Assembly (NCBI GenBank): GCA_964016885.1
Contig: OZ024740.1
Span: 178,250,001-178,314,000 of the forward strand
Source: Eledone cirrhosa
Taxonomy: Eukaryota
Direction: 5' to 3'
DNA: 64,000 nt
Below the pieces are notes generated by a model. That model did not search any database and was not told the origin of the DNA. It was given only the letters and a program-made list of their open reading frames with translations. Below, in pieces: positions 41,228 to 55,005 of the stretch. Position 1 is the first letter of the stretch. Every line of letters begins with the position of its first letter. The translations under genes and the position numbers were made by a program.

Positions 41228-41850
41228 GGGTTGATGGATTGGCAGTATCGGTAGAGCGTCGCACAACAAGCTTTGCAACATGCAGTTATGGTTCTTTACG
41301 TTCAGAGTTCAAATCCCGCTGAGGTTATCTTGGCCTTTCATCCTTACGGAGGTTGATAAAATAAAGTACCAGTAATGCACTGAGGTTGAGTTAATCGATT
41401 TCCCCTCCCCCTAAATTGCTGGTCTTGTGTCTAAATTAAAATCCATTATTCCTTTGAGAGTCGGAGAAAATGCTTTGATGTATGTGTTCTGCCTTTTTAC
41501 GTTCTGGGCTCAAATCCCGCCGAGGTTATAGCATTGCATTTCACCGTTCTGGGTCGATTTAATAAAGTACCAGTAACGCACTGATGATGATTTAATCGAC
41601 TTTTCCTTTCCTTCAAGTTGCTGGCTAAATCTAGAAACAATTATTATTATCAGGGGAATCCGTAGAAAGTGGGACAAAATACTTTGACTTATGTGTTCCG
41701 TCTTTTTACGCTCTGAGTTTAAATCACTCTGACGTCAACTTTGCTTTTCATCTTTCCGTGGTCGATAAAATAAAGTACGAGGCAAATATTTAAATCAATA
41801 TACCCGACTTCTCTTTTAAATTCCAGGTCATGTGCCTAATATGAAATATC
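41228..41850 (+). mobile_element. Three tandem SINE family 1 copies of increasing divergence
   Basis: Approximately 41228-41448, 41455-41648 and 41655-41850, each with a B box and gataaaataaagtac-like segment. Confidence 0.85.
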
Positions 41851-43174
41851 TATTTATTTATATTAATATTATTTAATTCTTTTTATATGCTGTTTTATCA
41901 GTTTTCACTTTTGACTATTATTTCCACCCGAGGGAATTTTCAAAACAAAGAGGATTCTTCAGTCTGGCTAACGTCCATCCTTATTTATTTATTTTATATT
42001 TTGCTCATTTTTTGTTTCTATTCTTGCTTTAGTTGTTGCTGTTTCTACCCTTTTCCCTGAACAATTCTTTTTTTCACTCTTTTTTCTTCCCTCTTTCTTT
42101 CCTATATTCTTTCGACTCAAATTTTCATTTAATTTGTGTCAGAAGTATACATGTTTTACAGAATCTGAATTATTTTGTCCCTTACGGTTTTTCTCTAATT
42201 ACTGTAACTTACTATTTTTATTTCTCTCTCACTACCTTTCTCACTATTTTTCTTTCTCAATATCGTTCCCGCTATTCTTCTGTCCTCTCCTCTCTTACTG
42301 TCTGATGAACTGGAAATATAACAAGAATCAGTTTTATATCTATTCGCCAGGGCATTCAGCACGGATCAATAAATTACTTTACAAAGGCCGTAAGTTGGCA
42401 TAAATAAATATATGAATAAAGGAATGAATGAATAAATAAAAATCAAAACCAAACCGTAGAGCATCAGCATAAATATTTACAGTCTTTAGACTTTCGTTGT
42501 TAGCAAGAAAGGATTAACCTAGGCATTTAACTACGTATATTACGTTCTGAGTTCAAATTCAACCAAGATGAATTTTACCTTTGATCATTTGGTATTGATG
42601 AAAGAAAATACACTGAAGTGTTGAACAAGAATATTACCATTATTATCATAAGGTCTGTGAATTGGCAAAACCATTAGATCGGCTCTGTTTGGCGATACAA
42701 CACTTTACTTCTGTCAGCCTATGTTTTCTTTGTATCTTTACTAGACAGTAAAATAGATACTAATTGTGTTGTTGTTTAGTCCAAGAGCAGCTCTGCTCGT
42801 GCAGGTCTATAGTGATCAAAGTTATTTCAGGCATGCTTATCCTGACTTATATTTCTAAAGAGCGTTTCTAGGATTAGATTATCCAATTTGAGCTTCCCTC
42901 TATTCTTAAAACCAGTATTTCATTTGGGTAGATGCCTTCGTAATTATCAATTTGGTTACAATAATCATACTGGATTATATATAAAGAGAGACCTTCTTTG
43001 GTCGTGACCGACAATGGGTATATGGAAAATTTAACTCCAAAGCACAGGTCTAAGAAAAGTCTTTTTGTGGAAGCATAATTGTTAGTCATGTATGCCAGTC
43101 TACTCCCTCCACGTTACCAATTTTGGCCAAGAGAAAGGAAAAGACAAATGCAGCTTAACAGCTGTGTTGTCTCT

Positions 43175-43310
43175 ACTGCAATTGGATGGACTGGAGCAAT
43201 GTGAAATAAAGCGTATTGCTCAAGGACACAGCACGTGGTATGGTCCTGGAATCGAATTCATAATCTTGCGACCAAGTTCCCAACACCCTGTACTCTAAGC
43301 CACGCACCTG
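43175..43310 (-). mobile_element. SINE family 2
   Basis: ggactggagcaatgtgaaataaagcgtattgctcaaggacaca...ggaatcgaatt (B box on the minus strand). Confidence 0.7.
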
Positions 43311-43336
43311 CGCGCGAGCAAACATACATACTCACA

Positions 43337-43440
<104 letters not shown>

Positions 43441-43865
43441 GCATATATATATATATATATATTCCCTCGCCTGACCTTCTAGCAGTCCTTTTGTCACTGA
43501 CATTCACTGAGGACAGACGTGTCTTTTCGTTCGCCCACACGCATTCGTACTTACGTTCAGCTGTCGATGTGGACTTGGATTTTATTACTTTAAGTTGCTC
43601 GCACATTCCTCGGTTTGTTGTTTTTTTCGCTGTTTTTCTCTTTTCTTCCTTTTTTCCCTTTTCCCTTCTATTTTCCTTCCCTCTCTCCTTCGTTTTCCCA
43701 ATAACTTACCCAGATATTTAACGCTCTGGGGGTAGATATATTGTCTTTAAAGCGTTGAAATATACGAGACCCCCCAGTAGACAACTAATGAGGAGAGTTC
43801 TTGCTTTCTTCTTATTCTTATTCCTATTTTTAAGGCTACCTTAACTAGCAACTACACAGCCACCC

Positions 43866-43911
<46 letters not shown>

Positions 43912-43946
43912 ATATATATATATATATATATATACATACACACACC

Positions 43947-44051
<105 letters not shown>

Positions 44052-44112
44052 GTGAAGTTTTGTTTACAAAATGAAAAATAACCGAGGTGTCCTACACGAG
44101 TGAAAGTATAAA

Positions 44113-44736
44113 GAAAAAAAGATGAAATCGAAAATGTAACTGGAGTCTTATTTAAAAAAATATATATATATTTATTTGGTTCCTTTACCGGTTTCGCAGT
44201 TCTTCTGCTTTTCAAAAGTACAGTTGAGATGGAGGGTCTGTGGTTTTTCTCACATCTGGTTGGTCTTTGAATGTTACTTGTTTTATATGAAAAAAGTGGC
44301 TCGAAACGCCAGGTTTTTAGAGAAGTAATTTGATTGGTTGGCAATAAGTATAATACATTTCACGCCAGTTCGCGTTACAAAGTTCTTCAAACACAGAGAG
44401 GGGGCTCAGGTTGTTTTTTCACTCATATATGAAAAAAATAACCTGAGACCCCCCCCCCCTTGTTTGAAGAACTTTGTAACGCGAACTGGCGCGAAATGTA
44501 TTATACTTATTGACCAACCAATCAAATTACTTCTCTAAAAACCTGGCGTTTCGAGCCACTTTTTTCTATATAAAACAAGTAACATTCAAAGACCAACCAG
44601 ATGTGAGAAAACCACAGACCCTCCATCTCAACTCTACTTTTGAAAAGCAGAAGAACTGCGAAACCGGTAAAGGAACCAAATAAATATATATATATTTTTA
44701 AAAATAAGACTTTAGTTGCATTTTCGATTTCATCTT

Positions 44737-44742
<6 letters not shown>
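44113..44742. mobile_element. About 630-bp palindrome (arms about 310 bp), each arm with a U3:A8 minimal hammerhead motif
   Basis: Arms meet at ttcactcatatatgaa. Motifs at 44183-44218 (minus) and 44637-44672 (plus). Confidence 0.9.
44637..44672 (+). ncRNA. Minimal hammerhead-like motif, U3:A8 variant
   Basis: CUU-UUGAAAA-GCAG AAGAA CUGC-GAAA-CCGG-UA-AAG. Confidence 0.6.
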
Positions 44743-44804
<62 letters not shown>

Positions 44805-44841
44805 ATAATAATAAAATTGAAGACTAAAATCTGTTATTTTA

Positions 44842-44895
<54 letters not shown>

Positions 44896-45653
44896 GTATA
44901 TTCGTGTGTATAAATATATATATAGAGAGAGATATAGATATATATTTATACATGCATATATATATATATATAAGCATGGTTGGACAGAGACTTCATAGAG
45001 TAATATAACAAATTACATTTTACCCATAGTTCTAGATCTCTATGCTATTCGAAAATAATGGTAGTTGAGAAAGAATGATCTATTTATATTGCAATAGTAT
45101 TGATCGAATAATATTCTGGTATTCGATCGATTAAAAACAGTACAACTAAAAAAATAATAAAATAATAAATAAAAATATAACAAAACCAAACGAAAACGAA
45201 GTTAGATAAATTCGTTGTTCGTCCCATCTCTTCACTCTGTTAATATAATCGACAGACATATTTCACCCAACATTAGCCAAAATGTTATCAAATAAGAACA
45301 AAAGAAGAAAATATTCTCTACATATGAGGTCAATATTTAAATAGAATTTGCACTGCTAAATAGTGCATCTACGTATAAGGCCAATATTGGAATGTATTTT
45401 GAACTATTAATTGAACTATTAATTATCAATGAGGCGTATGAGGTGCTGACGTGTCTGCTTGATCTTCTAGATGTAGCAGCTAAATTTTCCGCAAATAATT
45501 TGTATATATGTATGGTGGGACTTTTAGGGTGCTGTAGTGATATACAGCCTATCTTTGTAATTTATCGAATCTGGCCGATACTATCCCCTCTCCAAGTCTG
45601 AACACAACCGATTTCTTCCCAAGAAGGAAAGAGAGGGTGGGAGTGAATGAGAG

Positions 45654-45694
<41 letters not shown>

Positions 45695-45696
<2 letters not shown>

Positions 45697-45848
45697 CGAC
45701 GCCAATACAGAACTCGAACATTTTTGTCGACCTCGAATGATGACTGTCAAAGTTGACCTCAGTGGGATTTGAACTAGAGAGCAGATTACTGTGATGATTA
45801 ACGCAAAGTATTCTATCCGATGTTCTAACGACTCTGCCAAACGCCGCT
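45695..45848 (-). mobile_element. SINE family 1, diverged
   Basis: aaagttgacctcagtgggatttgaact...ctctgccaa. Confidence 0.7.
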
Positions 45849-46559
45849 TTTAATAACAACCTACCATTTAAACAAAAGCACAAATTTAACTATGAAAATG
45901 AAACCTTGAAAAGCTGCCCATTTATGAAACCGGTCAGTGTAAAACAAATTAGATAACCATGAAGTATTTAACGAAACCATACTTTCCTGAAAATCAACTA
46001 TAATATATGTTGTATGATATAATTTCTTTGTGTTCTTGAAATTTGCACATACACACACATACACTACATACAACTTCAACTCCTTATTATATAACATGAT
46101 CTGTATAGAATACTTTAATTTTCTAACCTTTTAATCATCTTATATTACTCTACAGAATTCGTTTTGGCAGTCTGGTTTGATATAGAAAATAGAAATTGAG
46201 AACATGACAGGCAAATTATCACCAACACAGCTATGAAACGAGGATAACTTTATTATTAACATCACCTACACCATATTTTTCCGTATTTCTCCTCCTCCTT
46301 CATTATAACCATCATCACTGACATACAGAACATAATCATTGCTAACACCAGCAAAAGAAATAGAAGTAGCAAACTTGAAAGTATTACTTTGAGCTGTATG
46401 TTTAAAATGACAAGAATCTGGATTTTTTTCTAAAACAAAGAGTTACTTATATTTGTGTAGTATATAAAGACCATATATGAACCAGCACCAAAAGAGAATT
46501 CTCATAACAAAAAGCATCAGAAGTTAGCCGTACAATTATATGTTCTATCAAACAAGTTT

Positions 46560-46716
46560 TTTCAGTCATGTAAATAGCATAAAAATGTCGTCCGTGCTGA
46601 TACTAGGCTTTCAAAATATCATTTACTAACGGAAAGCATAAAAATGTCGTCCATGCGGATTTTAGGCTTTCAAAATATCATTTACTGATAGAAAGCATTA
46701 AAAAATGCATGACTGA
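46560..46716. repeat. Tandem repeat of about 58 bp (about 2.2 copies) bracketed by short inverted ends
   Basis: agcataaaaatgtcgtcc...taggctttcaaaatatcatttact x2, tcagtcatg...catgactga. Confidence 0.8.
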
Positions 46717-46764
46717 GGAAATCATAAAACTGTACGCATGGATATGGACATTATAAGGATATAT

Positions 46765-46990
46765 ATATATTATTTCATATTATATACCTGAGATATTTCT
46801 GTTGCTATACAGAGATTCGCGGATTTCTTTCTGAATATGAACTGAGAATGATTTTTATATGAAAAGTATATATAGCGATGGCATATATACTGTTCATGTA
46901 AAAATCATTTCCAGTGTTCTGATCAGCGGCACTCCGCAACACTCAGAGTAGCAACAGAGAGTAATCTCAGTAATATAATGAATATATAAT
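46765..46990. repeat. Imperfect fold-back element (MITE-like)
   Basis: ctgagat..tctgttgcta pairs with tagcaacaga..atctcag, and aatgatttttatatgaa..agtatatat pairs with atatatact..ttcatgtaaaaatcatt. Confidence 0.75.
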
Positions 46991-47174
46991 TGTTTCTACT
47001 TTTGGCACAAGGCCAGCAATTACCCAATACATTACTGGTACTTTATTTTATCGACCCCGTAAGGATGAAAGGCAAAGTTAACCTCGGCGGGATTTGTACT
47101 CAGATCGTAAAGGGAGGTAACCCTATGCTTCAAAGCATGGCGTCCGACCCTCTACCGATACTGTCAATCCACCA
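46988..47174 (-). mobile_element. SINE family 1 with apparent target-site duplication
   Basis: Full-length copy flanked by tatataatgaatat(a/g)taat on both sides. Confidence 0.9.
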
Positions 47175-47272
47175 CTCTTATATAATGAATATGTAATATT
47201 CTCTACTTTGGTATTGACCGCACTATTCCTCGTACTTGTAAAACGAATTGTACGAATACACACACACACGCA

Positions 47273-47392
<120 letters not shown>

Positions 47393-48014
47393 ATATATAT
47401 ATATATATTGTAATAATAAATGTGGAGACTAAAATCTAAAGAGGGCTCGATAAGGATTATATGTATATATATCCGTAGAGCAAATGTTTATTATACGTTC
47501 AGATTAAAGTTTAAGCAAAGAATCGCTGCTTTCACCCTTTTAATGGATCTTGTGAAACTCAGAAGATCCCGTATAGGAAGAAAGCAGAGGAGGAGAAGAA
47601 GATGAAACCTGGCAGAGTCGTTAGAATGTCACTTAGAATCTTTTACGGTATTTGTTGATACTTATGTCCTCCGAGTTTGAATCCTGCCTAAGTGAACTTT
47701 GATTTTCATATTTCTGGGTGTGGTAATTATAAAACTAATTCAATTCTGGGGACAATTCTTTTCACATTTTAAAACATTTCTTTATCTTTTAGAATCAGCT
47801 ACATTTCGTTGGTCCCCTAGGAAAGTCACGAAGGGACTACTCCCAGTATGTTTCTCTCCGAAAAATACTGATTTATTTTGTGATGCAAAAAGAAAATGGC
47901 AATTTATACCCCCCTTGGAGGGTCAGCTAGCGTGCCTTGCGATAAATATCACTGAGGAGAACTTTGTTTTTCATCCTTCTATGTAAAAAAAAAGAAACCA
48001 TCAGTCAAGTACTT

Positions 48015-48075
<61 letters not shown>

Positions 48076-49464
48076 CCTCTCTCTAAATCGGCTACGTTGC
48101 GACATGAAAATGATTGTGAGTGACTAATAAAACTATTCCTTTTAACAGAAAGGGAAAATAATATGAGGAATTCAAACCCGACGATTTAAAAAATATAATG
48201 ATAGCCCTAATAAATATTCCTTGTTCTGGCACAAAGTCACCCATTTGTGGTTATCTGGGTAGAGAGCCTAATGAAATCGACTCAATATTTCTTTCTTATT
48301 TTTCATGAGGAGAAACATACAAAGTCGATCTCAGTAAGGTTTGACCTCAGAAAGCACAAATCCCGAACACAAACTGTAAACATTTAACCCCATCTTCTAA
48401 TGTCTTTGCAAATTAGTGGCCTTAGAGAAACAGAGAACAGTTAATATAACAAAAACAAAGTTGAAAATAGTGGGAGTTGAAATTTCATTGGCAAAGATTT
48501 GATCAACGTCTGCTTATGTTTGACGAAATGTGTTGTACAGTGGAATTCAACCTGGATCCCTTTGTTATGAAGTGAACGTATTTACCTCTTGATCACGCCT
48601 TTTCTTATACAACATTTCTTTAGTTTATTTGAATCCAAAGGAGGCAAGGACACTCAGCTAATTTGAAGTCATAAAAGTTGCATTGTACACAGCTCAAAGA
48701 AGATTGGAAAATATATTTTCTATAGTTACAAACAAAATTTAATATAGGCTGGCAATAACAATTGCCTACAGCGTTTGTAATATACAAGCTAAGGGCGTAA
48801 ATTCCACCAAAATCACTATCAAATAATAGAGAAAACTACAAGACTACGTTTGATGTGTGCAACCAGTCATTCTATTAGATAATTAGGAGAAATATTTGAC
48901 TTAATATTAACAAAATGAGACGATTGAAAATGAAATAAAGTTTTCGGTGTTTGCATGATTTAAATGCGTTTTATATTTGATAGTACTATATCCACCATTA
49001 GACATGTTCCATCAGAGATATCATACAGCTGCATAGAAAGCATTTGGTTATTGAAATGATAAAATGATTAGAGTAAATCTACATCAGTAACTCAAGGACC
49101 TTGAGTTGTTTGCTTAAAGAATCTATCAAATTTACGTTCAGGGTTCAATTATTGGTGTAGATTTAACCGATCACATTGTTTAATAGACAATATGCACAAC
49201 AAGTGGTTTTAAAGGAGTCCATTCTATTGCAAGCATTCCAGCCAAATCACTGGCGTTAGGATACCTTCTTCACTCCTATCACAAGTCTCGGAGCCCCCTC
49301 CCCAATTCCCAAAGAATCATAGGTACAACATTTTACTCGCAGACTAAACAGTAAAAGAAAAGATTACGAAGTTTCAAAATATTATCTTTGATTTGTTTAT
49401 TGCGTAAAATAATTAAAGATTTCTGTGCTAGCCAGTATACGACTCATTATGTTTAGTTAGTGAT

Positions 49465-49772
49465 GTAGAGGTGTGTAGCTTAATGCATAGGATGTTCGAC
49501 GTACCAGCTTATGGTCTTGGGATTGATTTCTGGCGGCTCCTTGTGTATGACACCTTGTTACACGTTGATCCACTCTACTCAGTAGGAAAAAAGAATTATA
49601 TCTGTCGTTCAAAGAGGCATCCCTTCGACATACTATGTTAATCTGTATCTCTCTGAGAATTATATCAAGGGTCAATGTGTCTGTGGACTGCTCAGCCACT
49701 TACACGTTAATTTCACAAGCTCGCTATTCTGTTGATCAAACAAATAGAACATTCGTCGACGAAGGTCCAACA
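49465..49772 (+). mobile_element. SINE family 2, diverged, 3' part shared with 25426-25528
   Basis: gtgtctgtgga...cacgttaatt..ac...ggtccaacaca. Confidence 0.55.
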
Positions 49773-49782
49773 CACGCGCAGA

Positions 49783-49821
<39 letters not shown>

Positions 49822-49867
49822 GTACTCCGGGAAATCCACTGAAGTTTGTGCTTTGCTGATGATTTCA

Positions 49868-50088
49868 TAATGGTTTCTGATTTAGGCACAAGGGCAACAA
49901 TCTTTGATGAATGGGAAAGTCAATTAAATCGACCCTAGTACGTTGCTGGTACTTTATTTTATCGACCCCGTAAGGATGAACGACAAAGCTAACCTCGGTG
50001 GGATTTGAACACACAACATAAAGGGACGTAACTATATGCCGTAAAACCTGTTGTCCGACGCTCTATAGATACTGCCAATTTACCACCA
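49868..50088 (-). mobile_element. SINE family 1
   Basis: ctggtactttattttatcgaccccgtaaggatgaa...gggatttgaac...gatactgccaat. Confidence 0.88.
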
Positions 50089-51229
50089 TCGATGATTTCA
50101 TAATAATATCAAAACATATCCAAAGTTGTTTCTTATACTTTCCGAAATATTTAACATAACGTTAGACATCGATTAATATTATTCTGTTTTCTTCACGCCA
50201 TAATTATTCCTAGTTTTCTTTTTTAATGCTCCTTGCATTACAATTGTTAAACCTAAGCTGAAATATGTCTATTTGGTGATATACAAACTTTGGAAGCTAG
50301 AAGACTTTTCCAGAATATTTGCAATCTAATCAAACGCATTGCATTTCAACACAATATAAATGATATACCCCTTACTTGTCTTCTCACATGTTATTAAAAC
50401 AGCCCAGCATAATAAGTGGGCGAAAAGTAGTTGATATTTGAAATAAAACAAACCATTAAAAAAATCAGCCAAACAGATGAGCAAAATTAGAATACTTACA
50501 TATAATGTATAGTTTATTTCATATTTAAGGAATTTCTTTTGTTGGTTGTTATAATCAAGTTTCCGTTAACAGAAAACATCTTTAAAGCCATTGATCAATC
50601 TGTATTGATTCATTTGAATAATGACTCATTCCAAAAGGTTATTCTGTCTGCTAAGCTTATTAAATTATTTAGAGATGACATCGCGTGACATCAGACGTTA
50701 AAGTTACTTGATTATTTTGCCGTATTCATTCAACTGAATTTAATAATATAAACTATGTTAAATTGTAAGAAAGTAGTCACAGCAAAATATTTACCAATAC
50801 AGATATTTTGGTGAGTATTTTTTACTTTGCAACACAGAGTTAAAACACTTTGTATGAGTGCAACACAATCATGAAAATAGAAAGACAGGTGATAGACTCT
50901 CATGAAGAGAGATAATGTTTTTTTTTTTATAAATGTTACATTGAAATTCCTTTTCTGAAATTAAACTAAATACTACAATAATTCATTTACTCAATTTTAG
51001 TTGGTGATAAAAAACAATAACAATAACATTAGGTTACTGAAACAAAAGTAAAAGTAGCGAATAAAACTCAATGCTATATAAGTATAAAGAAAAGGAAGTG
51101 AAAGAACATTCCAGTTCTTTCCATGGCAATTATAGAACTGTATTTGTAATATTTATCTGATTATATATATATATATATATATATATATAACGTGTGTGTA
51201 TGTGTGTATGAGAGGGGGTGGGTGTACTC

Positions 51230-51850
51230 TACATGGGAATGTATTTCAACTGAAGCAGGTAGAGAAGTTCAAGTATCTAGGGGCCGCGTTCACGAGTGTT
51301 GGAAGGCAGGAGGCTGAATTAAGTGCGAGAATTGCAGGAGCTGGTGAAATAATGCGCCAGCTTCAGCATTCGGTCATAGGATAAGGGGAGTTAGATGTAA
51401 CAACCAAACTCGCTATCTTTAATTCGGCATTCGTGCCGATCCCTACCTATGGTCATGAATCCTGGGTAATGACTGCGAAAATACAATCACGAATACGGCC
51501 GGCCGATATGAGGTGCTTGCAAAGGTCTCTGAAGTAAAGTTACACGATAGAATTTGTGCATAGCTCAGAGCGTCGTTGGGGGTAGAGCCGCTACTTCTCC
51601 GAATTGAGAGTCCACAAATCCGATATTACGGATAAGTGGGAAAATGTCTCAGGAAAGAATCACTGGACAGATTTTACGAGTAAAACCAACCGGCAGTAGA
51701 TACACCCCGAGCAAGATGGTTTGTCCATGAGCTTCACTGGCCTAACTTGGGAATACTACCAGATCAATTAGAGACGGCATCCATGCCTCGCTGAAAGGCG
51801 TACTTACAGACCCTGCCCCTACGAACCTCCCAGGAATATGTGAGCGAAGA
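51230..51850 (+). mobile_element. RTE family B 3' fragment
   Basis: LKQVEKFKYLGAAFT..EAELSARI..PIPTYGHESWVMT..VEPLLLRIE. Confidence 0.85.
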
Positions 51851-52299
51851 TATATATATATATATGTATATATATACGAAGGTGATCTTATTGTAGATAT
51901 AAATAAGTTTTAGAAACCTTCGCTGTGAAAAGAATGTGAAGAATGTAAAGTATTAAAGCTTGCAACCTTTCATCCGGACACAGAAAACATTAAACATTGT
52001 ACTGGTGAATTTCAGAAATTTTTGATCCTCATTAGAGGATAATTACCTCTATGAATCTGTGTATGGCAGAAGTTGACTATAGCTATGCTACATACATCAT
52101 ATCTTATCACCACCACTGATGCCCCCATCCCAGAACTGTTTCTAACCCCGCTCCACCGTCACTAATCACCAATGATTTACTATAATATAATACATAGTAT
52201 CATTTGTGTAGACCAATATTAATTAACCAGAGAGCCATGAAATTCATATTACCTTAATGATTTACTTTATTCAGTATTTGTTTTTATATTTTACGTTAC

Positions 52300-53250
52300 T
52301 TGTAAATAAATATTTAAGAGTTTAGCATTTAAAATCTTCGAAAGCAAACTTGGTGTGTTTATCTTATATCCTGTAGAATATTTGTAAGAAAGCTAGTTTA
52401 TTTGAGAATATCAAGGATTCACAGGTCAAAATCAGATATCTGGTTCTCTTAGAGTTAAACTAACGAAAGACAAATCTTACTTTGGAGAGTGTTCTGGCTA
52501 ATGTATTGCTAGTAAAGTTTTGCAGTTGAGAAAAAATTCTACTTAGTAATACGCAGTCACGTGTCAATCGTGAAATCGGAAGGTTGCCATTTTGTAAGAT
52601 ATCAACCACGATGAACCACAACGACAAAACAACGTCTGCAATATGCAATATGCAGGTTCACATTTCTATCATTCAGCCAGCAAACTAATGTTATCAACAA
52701 AAAAAGTCAACGGTAGGTTGATATCTTACCACCTGTATTAGTCCTGGGTATATTATCAGTAATGATTAGTGATATTTTCGGACAAATCCACGCTTTCTTA
52801 TTTCTTTGCATTTGAACATTATATTTGTAGATCAACTCGTAAGCAGTTTGACCGAAGTTACGCAGCCCCCGATATCAAAATAATTTTCAAGTTGATGAAA
52901 TATAGAGAAATAATTACAACTGGGAAATGTTCTGTAGGTGTTATGCCTACAGGAACTACAATGTGGTGAAACATACGTAAACATAGTTTTCAACAGAAGC
53001 TACTAAATTTAATAGAAATGAAAGGAGGCGACTATTTGAAGACTGATGCAGCTCCTGTATACCAAATGAAGACAGTCTGGTAGTGACATCAATAGGAAGG
53101 GGTTCCAGTCCTAGAGCCAGATTGGAACCCGAGTGAAAATTTCTGGTTATAATCTTTAAACAAAAGGAGGCTAGAAATAATTCGCCCTTAATGAAAGCTA
53201 TTTGGTGCAACGAATAAACCACAGAATTGATTTTCAAAATAGCTGCATCC
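52300..53250 (-). pseudogene. Possible decayed multi-exon host gene of unknown identity
   Basis: Exon-like blocks 52977-~53250, 52730-52894, 52481-52635 and 52300-52370 with GT donors and short introns. Phases agree only if two 1-nt deletions and one AG>AT acceptor change are assumed. Confidence 0.35.
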
Positions 53251-53514
53251 ATGCTTTATCGGATAAAAGCTCTTTTACGGCCAAAGGGAAATCACACGAA
53301 ACATTGAGGAATGATGGAGTGTTTATCTTGTATTGTTCATTTTATGTTGTTGGTTAATTATTATCTTCTAACATTTTATTTTCTCTAGTGTATGATAAAT
53401 TTTTGCTTATAATTTCACTCTCCTACTCTTACTTCACTTTCTCACTTTCTCCCTTTCTCCCTGCATATATATATATATATATATATACAGAGAGAGGGAG
53501 AAAGAAATTATAGG

Positions 53515-53581
<67 letters not shown>

Positions 53582-53639
53582 AAATAATAACTTTGATAAC
53601 TTTCGTAGGTTTGGGCCTGTATTGGTCCAGGCCATATCT

Positions 53640-54830
53640 AACTTAATAGCACCCCCTGGCGAAGTCTTTCAAATCAGGATTTGGACACCATGGCCCACTC
53701 AAGTAGAGAGTTATTGTTTAAGGAGACATATCCGGGTGTAGAAGGTTTATCCGGGATTTCTTGAAGGAATTTGTTCAAAGACTTCTTGCACTTTATGGGA
53801 TCTGTTTCTATTTTAGTATGTTTTGGTGTAATGTTAAAAAGAGCGAGGCCTATTGAGGTGAACTATTTGTGCCGTATTGTTGTTATGAGATGCGAGTGTG
53901 GCTTTTGTTGCGGGCGGATAGCATGGGCCCAAGCCTTGGGTGTAATTTAAAGGTGATGCCAATATTTTCCACATCATGCAGATGATGTAACGCTCACGGC
54001 GCCGTTGGAGAGACTAAACGTTGAGCTTTTCTAGTCGACTCCAATAGTCAAGGCCTGTCATACCTTCTATCTTTTTTGTGATTGACCTTTAAGGTGCTTC
54101 AATTTTCATGATACTTTGTTTCGTGTGGAGAGACCACAGTGGACAACAGTATTCAAGGTGGGGTCGGGCAAAAGTGGAGAAGAGAAGGATAATGGTGTGG
54201 ATGACTCTCGACTGGAAAGATTTGAGAATCCAGAAACACATTCTGCGAGCCATGTCAACTTTGCTGTTTATATGAGTGGCCCAGCTTATGTTGTCTTCAA
54301 TTACTCCCAAGCCTCCGATGTTGTTGGATGCCACGAGAATTTTACCCGAAGAAGTGGATTAACTCAAATTTATCATCGTTCAGCAACATAATGTTCTTTT
54401 CCGCCCATTGTATAACAGCCAGTAGATCTGATTGAAGGTATGCCCCGGCACTCACTGCATTGATGACCTTCAGGAACTTGAAATCATTTGCAAATATTCT
54501 CATGTTGCTGTGCTGTATGGGTTTTTGGGGTCATTGGCTGTGTTGTGCACGGTGACTGATTCACAGTAGCCATTGGAGAATGTGATATTTCCATCTGCTG
54601 TAAAGGAATCGTGTAGGAAAATGGCAGTTCAACCCTTCCTACTGTCGATACGGTCTGCGCGGATGGTTGTGAAATTCTTCACTTCCGCTTCGGCTTCCAA
54701 GTGGGAGTGGTTAAGAATGAAGAAAGGGACCTTCCATTTTTGTGCATTGATGGAAGGGCTGATACTTTGTGCATTGACTAGAAATGTGGGGACTAGTGTA
54801 GTGGCTGGTTTTGACTGTATTTGCGTGTTA
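53640..54830 (-). mobile_element. CR1/Jockey-group LINE, internally deleted and degraded
   Basis: APE fragment HLEAEAEVKNFTTIRADRIDSRKG, RT C-terminal LGVI..ISWATHI..RPHLEYCCPLWS..DYWSRLEKL..RRRERY. Confidence 0.85.
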
Positions 54831-54912
54831 GTGACACATATATAAAGTGATAAATATATATAGTGACAAATCTCTATATAAATATATGTATATATATACA
54901 TATATATGTAAA

Positions 54913-54944
<32 letters not shown>

Positions 54945-55005
54945 AACTTTATACACTCAGTTCTATATATGAAAAATTATTTTGTAAAATACAATATATA
55001 TATAT

